NCBI GenBank assembly: GCA_002269645.1
Contig: NIVC01001557.1
Coordinates: forward strand, 124,001-188,000
Source of the DNA: Macrostomum lignano
Taxonomy: Eukaryota
Direction: 5' to 3'
Length of the DNA stretch: 64,000 bases
Shown: positions 1 to 13,780 of the stretch, in pieces
Numbering within the stretch: the stretch's first letter is position 1
Layout: every line of letters begins with the position of its first letter
The notes under the pieces: generated by a model
The model's input: the letters and a program-made list of their open reading frames with translations, nothing else
What the model was told of the DNA's origin: nothing
The model's database searches: none
Translations under genes and position numbers: made by a program

Positions 1-269
1 CCCTACCTCCCTGCCTCCCTACCTCCCTGCCTCCCTACCTTTTAGGTTAATACAGACCAGAAAATTCTAACCCAGTCAATATTGTCTCATTCGTCAGAAT
101 GCAATTGAATTATTCTAGTTAAAAATCCATTTTGTTACAAAATCAATAAGCTAAACTGAAACAAAGATTCATAAAAACGACTAAATCATCAAGGCTACAA
201 GAATAAAAGCAAGTCATATCAAAAGATGAGCATCGGGTCTGGCTCCTATCATAAGCTAAAAAAAAACCG

Positions 270-392
270 AAAAATTTGATGCTGAAAGAATCAAAGACTA
301 TTCGCCGTAATTAATTTTTCGCTAAAACCGGCCTTCTAAAATTTTTCCAAGAAAGCGTAGTTTCCCGTCCCTCTAATTGGGTAGTCCTTGCT
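270..392. repeat. Short dispersed repeat, second copy at ~25572-25693
   Basis: aaaaccggccttctaaaattt(t)tccaagaaa...tcccgtcc...gtagtccttg is visible at both loci in the same orientation. Confidence 0.6.
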
Positions 393-484
393 TTCATATA
401 GCACTTGTACATCACTACTTGACACGATGTCGGAGTCCTGATGAGAGTCTGACTCTCCAATCAGATCAGCTTGCTTCCTTGCAG

Positions 485-533
485 ATCAAAATCCGGAAAC
501 GAAATTACTTTTTCCATCAGTATCGCTTCAAAG
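485..533 (+). CDS. Candidate exon of an unidentified gene entering from the left (IKIRKRNYFFHQYRFK)
   Basis: ttgcttccttgcag acceptor and AAAG|gtgagc donor around an open frame. A phase-compatible next mini-exon (VCDSALKTTCQ|gtagat, ~607-638) precedes the 18-bp array. No family recognised. Confidence 0.3.
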
Positions 534-643
534 GTGAGCTCACAGCATGCCCAGAAAGCTTTCTACAATTTGCTTGTTGTGTGAGTCATCCTTCTAGCCC
601 TACAGTCTGCGACAGTGCCTTAAAAACAACATGCCAGGTAGAT

Positions 644-1284
644 GAAGTTTCCCCGGTCTGTGAAGTTTCCCCGGTCTGTGAAGTTTCCCTGGTTGGGGAA
701 GTTTCCCCGGTTGGGGAAGTTTCCCCGGTCTGTGAAGTTGCCCTGGTTGGGGAAGTTTCCCCGGTTGGGAATTTTCCCTGGTTGGGGAAGTTTCCCTGGT
801 TGGTGAAGTTTCCCTGGTTGGGGAAGTTGCCCTGGTTGGGGAAGTTTCCCTGGTTGGGGAAGTTTCCCTGGTTGGGGAAGTTTCCCTGGTTGGGGAAGTT
901 TCTCTGGTTGGGGAAGTTTCCCTGGTTGGGGAAGTTTCCCTGGTTGGGGAAGTTTCCCTGGTTGGGGAAGTTTCCCTGGTTGGGGAAGTTTCCCTGGTTG
1001 GGGAAGTTTCTCTGGTTGGGGAAGTTTCCCTGGTTGGGGAAGTTTCCCTGGTTGGGGAAGTTTCCCTGGTTGGGGAAGTTTCTCTGGTTGGGGAAGTTTC
1101 CCTGGTTGGGGAAGTTTCCCTGGTTGGGGAAGTTTCCCTGGTTGGGGAAGTTTCCCTGGTTGGTGAAGTTTCCCTGGTTGGGGAAGTTTCCCTGGTTGGG
1201 GAAGTTTCCCTGGTTGGGGAAGTTTCCCTTGTTGGTGAAGTTTCCCTGGTTGGTGAAGTTTCCCTGGTTGGGGAAGTTTCCCTA
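644..1284. repeat. 18-bp minisatellite (GGGAAGTTTCCCTGGTTG)n
   Basis: Direct reading; explains the WLGKFP repeat ORF. Confidence 0.97.
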
Positions 1285-3227
1285 GTTTATGGAGCTTGTA
1301 ATGTTTTTTATCTGTGAATCCGTCACGAATGATCTCTAAAGCTATCGTGCAGTCTCAAAGCCGCAGCTAAAGGTGAGGCAAGACTTGGCGAACGGTGAAG
1401 AAGGCGGACTGTCAGGCCATGCAGCAAACACAGGAGCAAGAATGCATAAACAAGTGCGGGGCTTGCCTGAACTGCAGTCAGCCGAAAAAAAGAACAAGAC
1501 AGAAAAGTCCACGTGGACTGTTCAGCGCTGTGTGTACATGTGCACATTTTGACAAATATTCGCTGCAATACATAAAATGAGTTTGTGTCTCGGATGTGAT
1601 CGAATGAGATCTGAGAACCTTCTTGATAGAGTGTGGCGAATAAAGTGATTTAGAATTTGATAAAATCATCCATTTTAAAGCATAGAATTTGAGATAGCTT
1701 TGGAAATATAGGCTTCCCTCTCTACGCTTCGTTGATTCGTATCTTAGCCTATATCTTATCGATCATGTCAGGACAGACATGGGGGTCCAACCCCCATGGC
1801 ACAGAAAGTCAATGTACATTCTGTGTGAGCGTGTGTATGAGTGTTTGCCAGTGTACAGTATTGGTTTCACTAATTACATGAAACAGACTCTAAAACACTC
1901 GATTGCAAGATTTCAGACCAATAGTTTCGGGCAACTGCATGCGATTCATTGACAGGCCGCCCGGATGGGGAAGAGAAGCCGCTGACAGCCCCGCTCACCT
2001 GAGCAATACTTTGAATCGAAAGTGCGGAGCAGAGCAAAGATAACAAAAAATATGGGCTTTGGAGCTCTCAGCTCACACAGAAACGGCCATGCCAGCTTTT
2101 CCCATCCCCCTCTCTCCTCTCCTCTCTCTGCCCTGTTCCCCAATTCCTTAAGTCTGTAGGGCAGCGCACTGAAAGTTCAGCTTGAGCAATGGCCAGGGCA
2201 AAGCAAAGGCACGCGGTGCATTGCGCGGTGCGAGTGGGGAGCAGAGCTGGCTGAAGCGCCAGCCCACCCGCACCCCGTTCGTTTCGTCTTCTAAAAGAGG
2301 GGTGAAAGCTGCCTGCTCGCCGCGAACAGGAGCTGCGCAAAGTGTACATTTCCCACTCCAAACCCCCGGGGGGGGGGGCAGCAGGGAAGCTCAGGGCGAC
2401 GCGGCGGTGGGTCTTGCAGTGCACTGGAGGAGCCGAGAGGACGGCAGTTTCAGCTCCCCAAACCAGTCGCAAGCAGCTTAGGCGAGTGAGCGCGCAAAAC
2501 AGGCCAGTGGGTGTGGATGAAGGAGAGAGGGGAGAGGAGAGGGTGGGAGAGGAGGGAGGCCCGGCATCCCCGGGGCAGTTCAGTCGCCGAACCAGCCACC
2601 CGCCCCATCCCATTCCCAACTCCCAGGCCGACTTCTGTTCTTGAAATTCCTGCCGTGTCCCCTCCCCCCTCTCCCCTCTCCCCTCTCTCTCCCCTCTCTC
2701 TCCCTCTCTCTGTCCCCTTCGCCGCCTTTAGCAGCTCCTTAGCCCCATTTTCTTAATGCGGGCGCACTGTTGGCTTGACCGCATGCATATAGGCTATCAT
2801 CTCGTTTGGCAGTGACAGTTGAGTCCCCAGCAGAGCCTTAGCTACACAAGCACCCCAATCCCCCCCGGCGAGGATTTCACAATTTTTCAAAGACTTCAAA
2901 GACTTGTCAGAGTTGCTATGAGCACCAGCGGCGCCCCCTGACCAGTTGAGCCCGCCTGCTGTCACTGGAAACTTGTCTGCCGATATGTAGGGAGGCTGAC
3001 TTCGAATTTGACCCGTACACTTCTGCTTCGCCTTTGCATTTAACCATTCGAATTTAATTTTTGTGGTAAGTATAGCAGTCAATAACCAGCTACTTTGCAT
3101 AGTTTTCGAAACTTACCTTTTATCTGCACTAGACATATTGACACCTGGAATGCCTGCAAAAATCCTCTTTGCCATCTGAATAGGCAAGTCAGGTTTTCTA
3201 TTATATAATGCTTTAGTATTGCCACTG

Positions 3228-4275
3228 AGATTCTCTATGATCTCCAGGTTTCTATACGACTCTATGGATCTCAATGACCTCAATGATTCTCTATATAACT
3301 TCAATGATTCTCCATGACCTCAATGATTCTCTATGACTTCAATGATTCTCTATGACCTCAATGATTCTCTATGGACCTCAATGATTCTCTATAGACCTCA
3401 ATGATTCTCTATGACCTCAATGATTCTCTATGACCTCAAAGATTCTGTATGACCTCAATGATTCTCTAAAGACCTCAATGATTCTCTAAAGACCTCAATG
3501 ATTCTATATGACCTCACTGATTCTCTATGACCTCAATGATTCTCTATAGACCTCAATGATTCTCTATGACCTCAATGATTCTCTATGACCTCAATAATTC
3601 TCTTTGACTTCACTGATTCTCGATAGACCTCAATGATTCTCTATAGACCTCAATGACTGTTGATGACCTCAATGATTCTCTATGACCTCAATGATTCTCT
3701 ATGACCTCAATGATTCTCTATGACCTCAATGATTCTCTATAACTTCAATGATTCTCTATGACCTCAATGATTCTCTATGACTTCAATGATTCTCTATGAC
3801 CTCACTGATTCTCTATGACTTCAATGATTCTCTATGACCTCACTGATTCTCTATAACTGCAATGATTCTCAATGACCTCAATGATTCTCTATGACCTCAA
3901 TGATTCTCTATGACCTCAATGATTCTCTATGAACTCAATGATTCTCTATGACCTCAATGATTCTCTATGACCTCAATGATTCTCTATGACCTCAAGGATT
4001 CTTTAAGATCTCGATGATTCTCTAATACCTCAATGACTGTTGATGACCTCAATGATTCTCTATGACCTCAATGATTCTCTATGAGCTCAAGGATTCTCTA
4101 AGACCTCAATGATTCTCTATGACTTCACTGATTCTCTATGACTTCACTGATTCTCTGACTTCAATTATTCTCTGTGACTTCACTGATTCTCTATGACCTC
4201 AATGATTCTCCATTAGCTTAATGATTATCTATGACCTCGATGATTTTCTATGCCCTCAATGATTCTCTATGACCT
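3228..4275. repeat. 19-21-bp minisatellite (GACCTCAATGATTCTCTAT)n
   Basis: Direct reading. Confidence 0.97.
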
Positions 4276-4954
4276 GCGGCCCATTCATTTCATAAAGAGT
4301 CTATTTATCTATTTATTTGTCTGTCTGTCTAAAAAGAAAATTGTCTATAGCCTCAATTACGAGCCAATTATGGTGACTTTAAGATTCTAAACGACCTCTG
4401 TGACCACGTCAGAAAAAAATTAAAGTCAGATTAACTTAAGTAAAATTAAAATAAGCATTAAATTTAGCTTCTATTCCAATTTAGATGATAACTCACAGCA
4501 GTTCTGGTACGCATAAACCCAAGTTATTCGAGAGGCTATAAAATAAGAATAATAAATCTCCCCTCATCGCGCCAGAAGCCCATGCATTTTTAATTCATTA
4601 TTAAAATACAAAATCTATGCCGAGAAATCTCCCGTACCGTCAGACAGAAATTATAACAAAATCGAGGACAATCCATTGAAGATCGTTTTTGATTTAAAAA
4701 AAACGATGATTCACAAAAGTGGTGATGATTTGTTGAATTCGTCAATGACTTTTTTAATCTTTTTAATTCCTGAACACGACATTTACTAGACAGTGCTTTA
4801 GCGGCGCGAAATTTTCAACAGCTTTCACTTCACACTTTTCTTAGTCTGTTGCTTTTAGTAGGGTTGCCATCAATTTATTAATTCCAGTTCGATCGGAAAT
4901 TCAATATACCTCTTGGCACCTGGTCTCTTAAATGTGCTCATGTGTACTCTTATT

Positions 4955-5630
4955 TTCCTTTCTCTCCCCTCTCCTTCTCTTCCCCTGCCTCTTCCCTCTA
5001 CCCCTCTCTCCTCTCCCTCTCTCTCTCTCCCTCTCTCTCTCTCACTCTCCCCCTCTCTTTCTCCCTCTCTCTCCATCTTTCCCTATCTCCCTCTCCCTCT
5101 ACCCCTCTCTCCCTCTCCCTCTCTCTCTCTCACTCTCCCCCTCTCTTTCTCCCTCTCTCTCCATCTTTCCCTATCTCCCTCTCCCTCTCCCGTTCTCTTC
5201 TCTCTTTCTCCCCTCTATCGCTCTCTCCTTCTCTCACTCTCCCTCTCTTCCTCTCACTCTCCCTCTCTCCTTTTCTACCTCTCTGCCTCTCTCCCTCTCT
5301 GCCTCTCTCCCTCTCTCCGTCTCTCTCTCCCTTTCTTTTAATCTCCCTATCTCCGCCCCTCTCTCTCCCTCTCCCTTCTCCCCCCTCCCTTCTCTCCCTC
5401 TCCCTTCTTTCCGTCTCCCTCTCTCCCTATCCCCTCTCTCCCTCTCCCTCTCCCGTTCTCTCCCTCTCTCTCCCTCTCTCGCTCTCTCCCTCTCTAACTC
5501 TACCTCTCTTCCTCTCATTCTCCCTCTCTCCCTTTCTCCTATCTCCCTCTCCTTCTTTCCCTTTCTTTGACTCCCCATCTCTCTCTCCCTCTCTCCCTCT
5601 CTCCCTCTCGCCCCTTTCTCTCTCCCTCTT
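4955..5630. repeat. CT-rich degenerate microsatellite
   Basis: Polypyrimidine tract; source of several spurious ORFs. Confidence 0.95.
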
Positions 5631-6126
5631 TTGACTGCCTCTCTCGCAATCTTCGCCTGCTTTTTGAATTTCTCACTGAGCGGATTTCTTTGGTATCAGC
5701 TGTATAAATATTCTTCACCTTTCTTCACACCCATCCACCTCCTCCACCATTTGTCCCTACTCTACTCCCACCTTCTTAATATCCCTTTCGACCCGTCTCC
5801 ATTTCTATTTAGCTTAATCCTTCCCCACACGCAGATCGCAGCCTCCCCTGCACCCATTTGGCCTCATTTCCCGTCTCCCAATCGGCCGTGTCGCTTTTCA
5901 GTGCTTCATTTCGTTGGTTTTATAAATTTCCCCCCTGCTCAGAGACCCCATCGCCCCCAAACTCAGCTGGAATCCCTGCTTGTCTGTCCGCCTCATTTTT
6001 ATCCCAAATCCGCCCCTAGGGAAGTTTTGGTGGCTTCTCTCAGTTGATGGTCTCTGGCTGCGCTGACCTGATCAATGGGACCAACCCTGGCTTTGCTTAA
6101 AATAGACTCAAGGCTGGAATCTAACA

Positions 6127-7435
6127 GTAGGCTATAGATTAGCAATCCATTCTATTCCTTAATCTTCATGTAGGCTATAGATTAGCAATCCATTCTATTC
6201 CTTGATCTTCATGTAGGCTATAGATTAGCAATCCATTCTATTCCTTGATCTTCATGTAGGCTATAGATTAGCAATCCATTCTATTCCTTGATCTTCATGT
6301 AGGCTATAGATTAGCAATCCATTCTATTCCTTAATCTTCATGTAGGCTATAGATTAGCAATCCATTCTATTCCTTGATCTTCATGTAGGCTATAGATTAG
6401 CAATCCATTCTATTCCTTGATCTTCATGTAGGCTATAGATTAGCAATCCATTCTATTCCTTGATCTTCATGTAGGCTATAGATTAGCAATCCATTCTATT
6501 CCTTGATCTTCATGTAGGCTATAGATTAGCAATCCATTCTATTCCTTAATCTTCATGTAGGCTATAGATTAGCAATCCATTCTATTCGTTAATCTTCATG
6601 TAGGTTATAGATTAGCAATCCATTCTATTCCTTGATCTTCATGTAGGCTATAGATTAGCAATCCATCTATTCCTTAATATTCATGTAGGCTATAGATTAG
6701 CAATCCATTCTATTCGTTAATCTTCATGTAGGCTATAGATTAGCAATCCATTCTATTCCTTAATCTTCATGTAGGCTATAGATTAGCAATCCATTCTATT
6801 CCTTAATCTTCATGTAGGCTATAGATTAGCAATCCATTCTATTCCTTGATCTTCATGTAGGCTATAGATTAGCAATCCATTCTATTCCTTGATCTTCATG
6901 TAGGCTATAGATTAGCAATCCATTCTATTCCTTGATCTTCATGTAGGCTATAGATTAGCAATCCATTCTATTCCTTAATCTTCATGTAGGCTATAGATTA
7001 GCAATCCATCTATTCCTTGATCTTCATGTAGGCTATAGATTAGCAATCCATTCTATTCCTTGATCTTCATGTAGGCTATAGATTAGCAATCCATTCTATT
7101 CCTTGATCTTCATGTAGGCTATAGATTAGCAATCCATCTACTCCTTGATCTTCATGTAGGCTATAGATTAGCAATCCATCTATTCCTTGATCTTCATGTA
7201 GGCTATAGATTAGCAATCCATCTATTCCTTGATCTTCATGTAGGCTATAGATTAGCAATCCATCTATTCCTTAATCTTCATGTAGGCTATAGATTAGCAA
7301 TCCATCTATTCCTTGATCTTCATGTAGGCTATAGATTAGCAATCCATCTATTCCTTAATCTTCGTGTAGGCTATAGATTAGCAATCCATCTATTCCTTGA
7401 TCTTCATGTAGGCTATAGATTAGCAATCCATTATA
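6127..7435. repeat. 42/43-bp minisatellite (GTAGGCTATAGATTAGCAATCCATTCTATTCCTTGATCTTCAT)n, ~30 copies
   Basis: Period 43 (6127 to 6170); a 42-bp variant dominates the right end. Confidence 0.97.
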
Positions 7436-7606
7436 TCCCATTATGTATGCGGAATAGATTAGCAATCCACTATTTAAAGAAATTAACTATCAAACATTAG
7501 CACTTCATTGAACAGGAACACTATTTCTATATTTAGCTAGTTGTTGGATGTATCAAAGAAGTACACCAAGAACTTTTTATCCTCATCCGCTCCCGCCTAG
7601 CCAGTC

Positions 7607-7896
7607 ATGAGCGCCGCCATGAAAACTTATCGAAAGAGCAGCAGCGGCGGCTCCGGCGGCGGCAATTCCGATGCACAGAAGCAGACCCAGCGGGCACTGC
7701 TGAAGTACAACGCCTCCAGCAGCAGCGGCGGCGGCGGCGGCGGTGGCGGCAGGAACAACCGCAACGGCAGTCGGTCGCACAGCGGCGACGCACCCGACGG
7801 TCCGATTGGCGATGAAGGCGGAGACGGCGGCGGCGAGGCGAGACGAGGCAACAAGACCTGCTGCTTCTGCTGGTGCTGCTGCTGCTCCTGCTCCTG
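7607..7896 (+). CDS. RGS17/RGS19/RGS20: RZ-subfamily RGS protein, exon 1 (Gly/Ser-rich N-terminus and cysteine string)
   Basis: CCFCWCCCCSCS is the RZ/A-subfamily cysteine string. Acceptor cctag at 7600, ATG 7607, donor TG|gttagt (phase 2). Confidence 0.9.
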
Positions 7897-8214
7897 GTTA
7901 GTGCTGCCAATCATTTTCTCTGTTGTAAAATAGTAACATGTACCTTTCTATACTGGCTACTTGCAGTAGGGTATCGCGGAGATATTATTTAATTTATTTG
8001 AGAAATCATCAAATTAGCAATGCGAGTTGTTATTTCAGGACAACTGCTGCTATACAGAATCTAGACCAGAAAGATCAGGCTCCTTAGAGGACATTGCGGT
8101 TCCGCAAACAAAAAAATGTATAGGTTTTTTGAGAGTACCAGAAAATATGATAAACGAGAAACAGTATTTAAAAAATTGAGAAAGTTTGGATTGGTTTATT
8201 AGAATGAAAAATAT

Positions 8215-10000
8215 AAAGTGAGAGAGAGGAAAGAAGATAGGAAAAAAGAGAGAAGGGGAGTGAGAAGGAGAGAGAGAGAAGGGGAGAGAGAAGGGAAGAG
8301 AGAAGGGAAGAGAGAAGGGAAGAGAGAAGGGAAGAGAGAAGGGGAGAGAGAAGGAGAGAGAGAGAAGGGGAGAGAGAAGGGAAGAGAGAAGGGAAGAGAG
8401 AAGGGAAGAGAGAAGGGAAGAGAGAAGGGGAGAGAGAAGGGGAGAGAGAAGGGGAGAGAGAAGGGGAGAGAGAAGGGGAGAGAGAAGGGAAGAGAGAAGG
8501 GGAGAGAGAAGGGGAGAGAGAAGGGGAGAGAGAAGGGAAGAGAGAAGGGGAGAGAGAAGGGGAGAGAGAAGGGAAGAGAGAAGGGGAGAGAGAAGGGAAG
8601 AGAGAAGGGAAGAGAAGGGGAGAGAGAAGGGGAGAGAGAAGGGGAGAGAGAGAAGGGAAGAGAGAAGGGAAGAGAGAAGGGAAGAGAGAAGGGGAGAGAG
8701 AAGGAGAGAGAGAAGGGAAGAGAGAAGGGAAGAGAGAAGTGGAGTGAGAAGGAGAGAGAGAGAAGGGGAGAGAGAAGGGAAGAGAGAAGGGGAGAGAGAA
8801 GGGAAGAGAGAAGGGAAGAGAGAAGGGGAGAGAGAAGGGAAGAGAGAAGGGGAGAGAGAAGGGAAGAGAGAAGGGAAGAGAGAAGGGAAGAGAGAAGGGA
8901 AGAGAGAAGGGAAGAGAGAAGGGAGAGAGAAGGGAAGAGAGAAGGGAAGAGAGAAGGGAAGAGAGAAGGGAGAGAGAAGGGAAGAGAGAAGGGGAGAGAG
9001 AAGGGAGAGAGAAGGGGAGAGAGAAGGGAAGAGAGAAGGGGAGAGAGAAGGGAAGAGAGAAGGGGAGAGAGAAGGGAAGAGAGAAGGGGAGAGAGAAGGG
9101 GAGAGAGAAGGGGAGAGAGAAGGGGAGAGAGAAGGGGAGAGAGAAGGGGAGAGAGAAGGGAAGAGAGAAGGGAAGAGAAGGGGAGAGAGAAGGGAAGAGA
9201 GAAGGGAAGAGAAGGGGAGAGAGAAGGGGAGAGAGAAGGGAAGAGAGAAGGGAAGAGAGAAGGGAAGAGAGAAGGGAAGAGAGAAGGGAAGAGAGAAGGG
9301 GAGAGAGAAGGGAAGAGAGAAGGGAAGAGAGAAGGGAAGAGAGAAGGGGAGAGAGAAGGGAAGAGAGAAGGGGAGAGAGAAGGGGAGAGAGAAGGGAAGA
9401 GAGAAGGGGAGAGAGAAGGGAAGAGAGAAGGGGAGAGAGAAGGGGAGAGAGAAGGGGAGAGAGAAGGGAAGAGAGAAGGGGAGAGAGAAGGGAAGAGAGA
9501 AGGGAAGAGAAGGGGAGAGAGAAGGGAAGAGAGAAGGGAAGAGAGAAGGAGAGAGAGAAGGAGAGAGAGAAGGGAAGAGAGAAGTGGAGTGAGAAGGAGA
9601 GAGAAAGAAGGGGAGAGAGAAGGGGAGAGAGAAGGGAAGAGAGAAGTGGAGTGAGAAGGAGAGAGAGAAGGGGAGAGAGAAGGGAAGAGAGAAGGGGAGA
9701 GAGAAGGGAAGAGAGAAGGGGAGAGAGAAGGAGAGAGAGAAGGGGAGAGAGAAGGGAAGAGAGAAGTGGAGTGAGAAGGAGAGAGAGAGAAGGGGAGAGA
9801 GAAGGGAAGAGAGAAGGGGAGAGAGAAGGGGAGAGAGAAGGGGAGAGAGAAGGGAAGAGAGAAGGGGAGAGAGAAGGGGAGAGAGAAGGGAAGAGAGAAG
9901 GGAAGAGAGAAGGGAAGAGAGAAGGGAAGAGAGAAGGGAAGAGAGAAGGGAAGAGAGAAGGGGAGAGAGAAGGGAAGAGAGAAGGGAAGACGGAATGGGA
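8215..10000. repeat. 12-bp purine minisatellite (AGAGAGAAGGGR)n in RGS intron 1
   Basis: Direct reading; source of the 280-680 aa low-complexity ORFs. Confidence 0.97.
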
Positions 10001-10746
10001 GAGAGAAGAGAAGAGAAGGGGAGATGGGGAGCGAGGGGGAGAGGAGAGAGTCGAACAAAGAGAAAGGTGAGGTGTTTCAGTTGACACATTAGTTGGAAAG
10101 GAGGTCAGAAGGAGCCTGAAATCCGCAGAATTTCCCATGCAGGAACGCGGTGACTGCAGTGTGAGAGTGGACCAGAGAAGGCTCAAACAGGGAAACCTGA
10201 GCTGCTCATCCCAAACGGGGATTTAATCCCGCGGTTCCCGCTGCCCGTTCCCCATCGAGAAATTTCTGCTTTGCGCTTCGCCTTTCAGGCTGACAGAATT
10301 GGCCCTGCCAGCCATATCTGCTCAGGCCCTGCTCACCTCTCCATTCCCCTCTCAGCCTGTCCCCCGAGTGCTCACTTAATCCGCGCCGCTGAAATCTGGG
10401 ATCGGCGAGATGCGCCGTCACTGGCTGCTGCTTCCGCTGCCCGACCCCCCGGCGCGCGGGGATTGAATAGAGAATGGGGAGTGGGCGGTTCCGCCTGAGC
10501 ACTGATTTCCCAGTCCTTGCCGTCCCATTCAAGTACCCCACCCGCCCCCTGTCTTCGGCCATTGGTCTCGCATTTGCGCTCGGGTAATAAGGATTTGCCC
10601 GGAGGCTTCTGTCTGTGAACTGCAGGGCTCAGAGAGAGAGGGGCTCTTCTTTAGCGGAAAGGCTTTTGAGCTCAGGACTGAGCAGCCGCATAGGTGAGAC
10701 AGAGTGGGAACAGTCCTGACAGCATGACTTTCTGCTGCGCTTCCAG

Positions 10747-10839
10747 CCTCAGCGTCAAGTCCAACAGGCAGGAGGTGACGCCCAGGCAGTCGGGAGTGTC
10801 GCAGACTGCAAAGGACATCTCTGCCTTCGACTTCGGCAG
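10747..10839 (+). CDS. RGS17/RGS19/RGS20: RGS exon 2 (C-LSVKSNRQEVTPRQSGVSQTAKDISAFDFG)
   Basis: ttccag| and AG|gtgaga, 93 nt, phase 2-2. Restores CSCSC-LSVK, comparable with CSCSCLTVR of vertebrate RZ proteins. Confidence 0.8.
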
Positions 10840-10854
10840 GTGAGACTGCTGGTG

Positions 10855-11348
<494 letters not shown>

Positions 11349-11562
11349 TTTGTTTTTCTGCGATATTTCCCTAATTAGAATTGGGGATTGCAGAGATAAT
11401 CTTCCTGCCCGATCCCAGCTGTTCCCGGCAAGTGATTTGATGAGGCACAAAGGCTGCTGTGTCGCACCTGCGTTGTTTTTTCCTTGGGGAATCAGCCACA
11501 CGGGAAACCGTGAAGAAAGGCTGGGAAAAATATTGATTTTCATATCCGCCATCGCCTTGCAG

Positions 11563-11624
11563 CATCTCCAAGGAGGAAGCCAAGCAATGGGGAGAGTCCT
11601 TCGATGCGCTGATGCAGAGCGCCA
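11563..11624 (+). CDS. RGS17/RGS19/RGS20: RGS exon 3 (SISKEEAKQWGESFDALMQSA, RGS helix 1)
   Basis: ttgcag| and A|gtgagt, 62 nt, phase 2-1. WxxSFDxLM is the start of the RGS domain. Confidence 0.88.
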
Positions 11625-11896
11625 GTGAGTTCTGTTTCAATTATTATTTCTAGAAGTGCTTTTTAAAAATGCTTCTTGCACTTCAAGCGAATTGCGTCTG
11701 CGATTCTGATAAATTCAGCTCCGGTTATGATATCTGAAAAATGATAATTATTCTGCTATTGCAACAGACCTTGATAGTGGAATACTGTACGCAAGCACAG
11801 CACTCATGCACACGCCACACAGGGTGTACAGCTGCACAGACTTTCTAATTGTCAGGTATGTGCAGTCTCTGTGAGCCTTGGGGTTGTCCCCTAATG

Positions 11897-12555
11897 AGAG
11901 AGGGAACTCCGGTAGAGAAATGGAGGGAATTCCGGTAGAGAAATGGAGGGAATTCCGGTAGATAAATGGAGGGAATTCCGGTAGAGAAATGGAGGGAATT
12001 CCGGTAGAGAAATGGGGGAATTCCGGTAGAGAAATGGAGGGAATTCCAGGAGAGAAATGGAGAGAATTCCAGTAGATAAATGAAGGGAATTCCAGGAGAG
12101 AAATGGAGGGAATTCCGGTAGAGAAATGGAGGGAATTCCAGGAGAGAAATGGAGAGAATTCCGGTAGAGAAAGGGAGGGAATTCCAGGAGAGAAATGGAG
12201 GGAATTCCGGTAGAGAAATGAAGGGAACTCCGGTAGATAAATGGAGGGAATTCTAGGAGAGAAATGGAGGGAATTCCGGGAGAGAAATGGAGGGAAGTCC
12301 GGTAGAGAAATGGGGGAATTCCGGTAGAGAAATGGAGGGAATTCCGGTAGAGAAATGGAGGGAATTCCGGGAGAGAGATGGAGGGAATTCCGGTAGAGAA
12401 ATGGGGGGAACTCCGGTAGATAAATGGAGGGAATTCTGGGAGAGAAATGGAGGGAATTCCGGGAGAGAAATGGAGGGAATTCCGGTAGAGAAATGGAGGG
12501 AATTCCGGTAGAGAAATGGAGGGAATTCTGGGAGAGAAATGGAGGGAATTCCGGT
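11897..12555. repeat. 23-bp minisatellite (GGAGGGAATTCCGGTAGAGAAAT)n in RGS intron 3
   Basis: Direct reading. Confidence 0.95.
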
Positions 12556-13214
12556 ATAGTTTCCTGTCTCTCCGTGGCCAGTTGCAATTAAAGAAAAGTT
12601 TTTTACAATACATGTCGGTAGACAGGCCGCTGAGGCAGTACCAGTCTACTCGGCATCTGCATGGTTAAAGCCTTTGTAAAAGCCCCCCCCCCCCGAGAAT
12701 GAAATCTCATATTTCGTCTACCTGCAGGCCTCTCCGCCTGACTGGCTTTAATTATTGTTGGATTGTAATGCGATACGCAGCTATGAGCCGCGATCAGCTT
12801 GAGGGCCGTTTATGCCATCTCATAAATCAATCAGTGAGATCCGCTCCTGCCTCGCATCCGTCATGGATTTCCTTACATTTCTAGTTATCTGGATTGGGAA
12901 ACAGTTCCCGATTTTGCAGCCCCGACTCCGTCTAAAGTGCACCCATGGCCCAGCCAACCACGCCCCGAAAAATTCGACTAATTTTCACAACAACTCCTCC
13001 CTGAGTGGCGGGCGGGCCCCTTGACAACTGTCCATTCTTGACCGCCTTTGTGCATTTCCCATGGCGTACTGAGTCCTAGCGGGGGGCATCAGCTCTGGCT
13101 TGAACTCGCTGCACTCTTGCTGACTTCCTTCTCCTCCTTCAGTCTCTCTCCCTTCATCTCGGTCAGTCTCCTTTCTTCTCCATCTCTCACTTCCTTCTCT
13201 CCTTTTATTTAAGT

Positions 13215-13780
13215 CTCTCTCTCCCTCCGTCTCCGTCTCCGTCTCTCTCCCTTCATCTCCGTCTCTCTCCCTTCATCTCCATCTCTCTCCCTTAATCTCC
13301 GTCTCTCTCCCTTCATCTCTGTCTCTCTCCCTTCATCTCCGTCTCTCTCCCTTCATCTCCGTCTCTCTCCCTTCATCTCCATCTCTCTCCCTTAATCTCC
13401 GTCTCTCTCTCCCTGTCCCTTCATCTCCGTCTCTCTCCCTTCATCTCTGTCTCTCTCCCTTCATCTCCGTCTCTCTCCCTTCATCTCCGTCTCTCTCCCT
13501 TCATCTCCGTCTCTCTCCCTTCATCTCTGTCTCTCTCCCTTCATCTCCGTCTCTCTCCCTTCATCTCCGTCTCTCTCCCTTCATCTCCGTCTCTCTCCCT
13601 TCATCTCCGTCTCTCTCCCTTCATCTCTGTCTCTCTCCCTTCATCTCCGTCTCTCTCCCTTCATCTCCGTCTCTCTCCCTTCATCTCCGTCTCTCTCCCT
13701 TCATCTCCGTCTCTCTCCCTTCATCTCCGTCTCTCTCCCTTCATCTCCGTCTCTCTCCCTTCATCTCCGTCTCTCTCCAC
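13215..13780. repeat. 20-bp minisatellite (CTCTCTCCCTTCATCTCCGT)n in RGS intron 3
   Basis: Direct reading. Confidence 0.95.

Noticed and set aside
425-460. CTGATGAGAGTCTGACTCTC hammerhead-like start
   Set aside because: Lacks the GAAA and stem III elements.
377-1285. 302-aa ORF with WLGKFP repeats
   Set aside because: Translation of an 18-bp (3n) minisatellite; only the short exon-like pieces at its start are credible.
1395-1580. CXXC zinc finger call for CGACLNC...KK
   Set aside because: The first CGxCxxC and the KFGG/terminal CxxRxC elements are missing.
1776-1797. Hairpin CATGGGGG-tccaa-CCCCCATG
   Set aside because: Single 8-bp stem with no associated element ends; plausible by chance in 64 kb.
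6127-7435. CRISPR-like regularly spaced 43-bp repeat
   Set aside because: No unique spacers; pure tandem minisatellite.
8050-10186. Several 280-680 aa ORFs (SLPF/ERGE repeats)
   Set aside because: 12-bp purine repeat inside RGS intron 1; open in many frames by composition.
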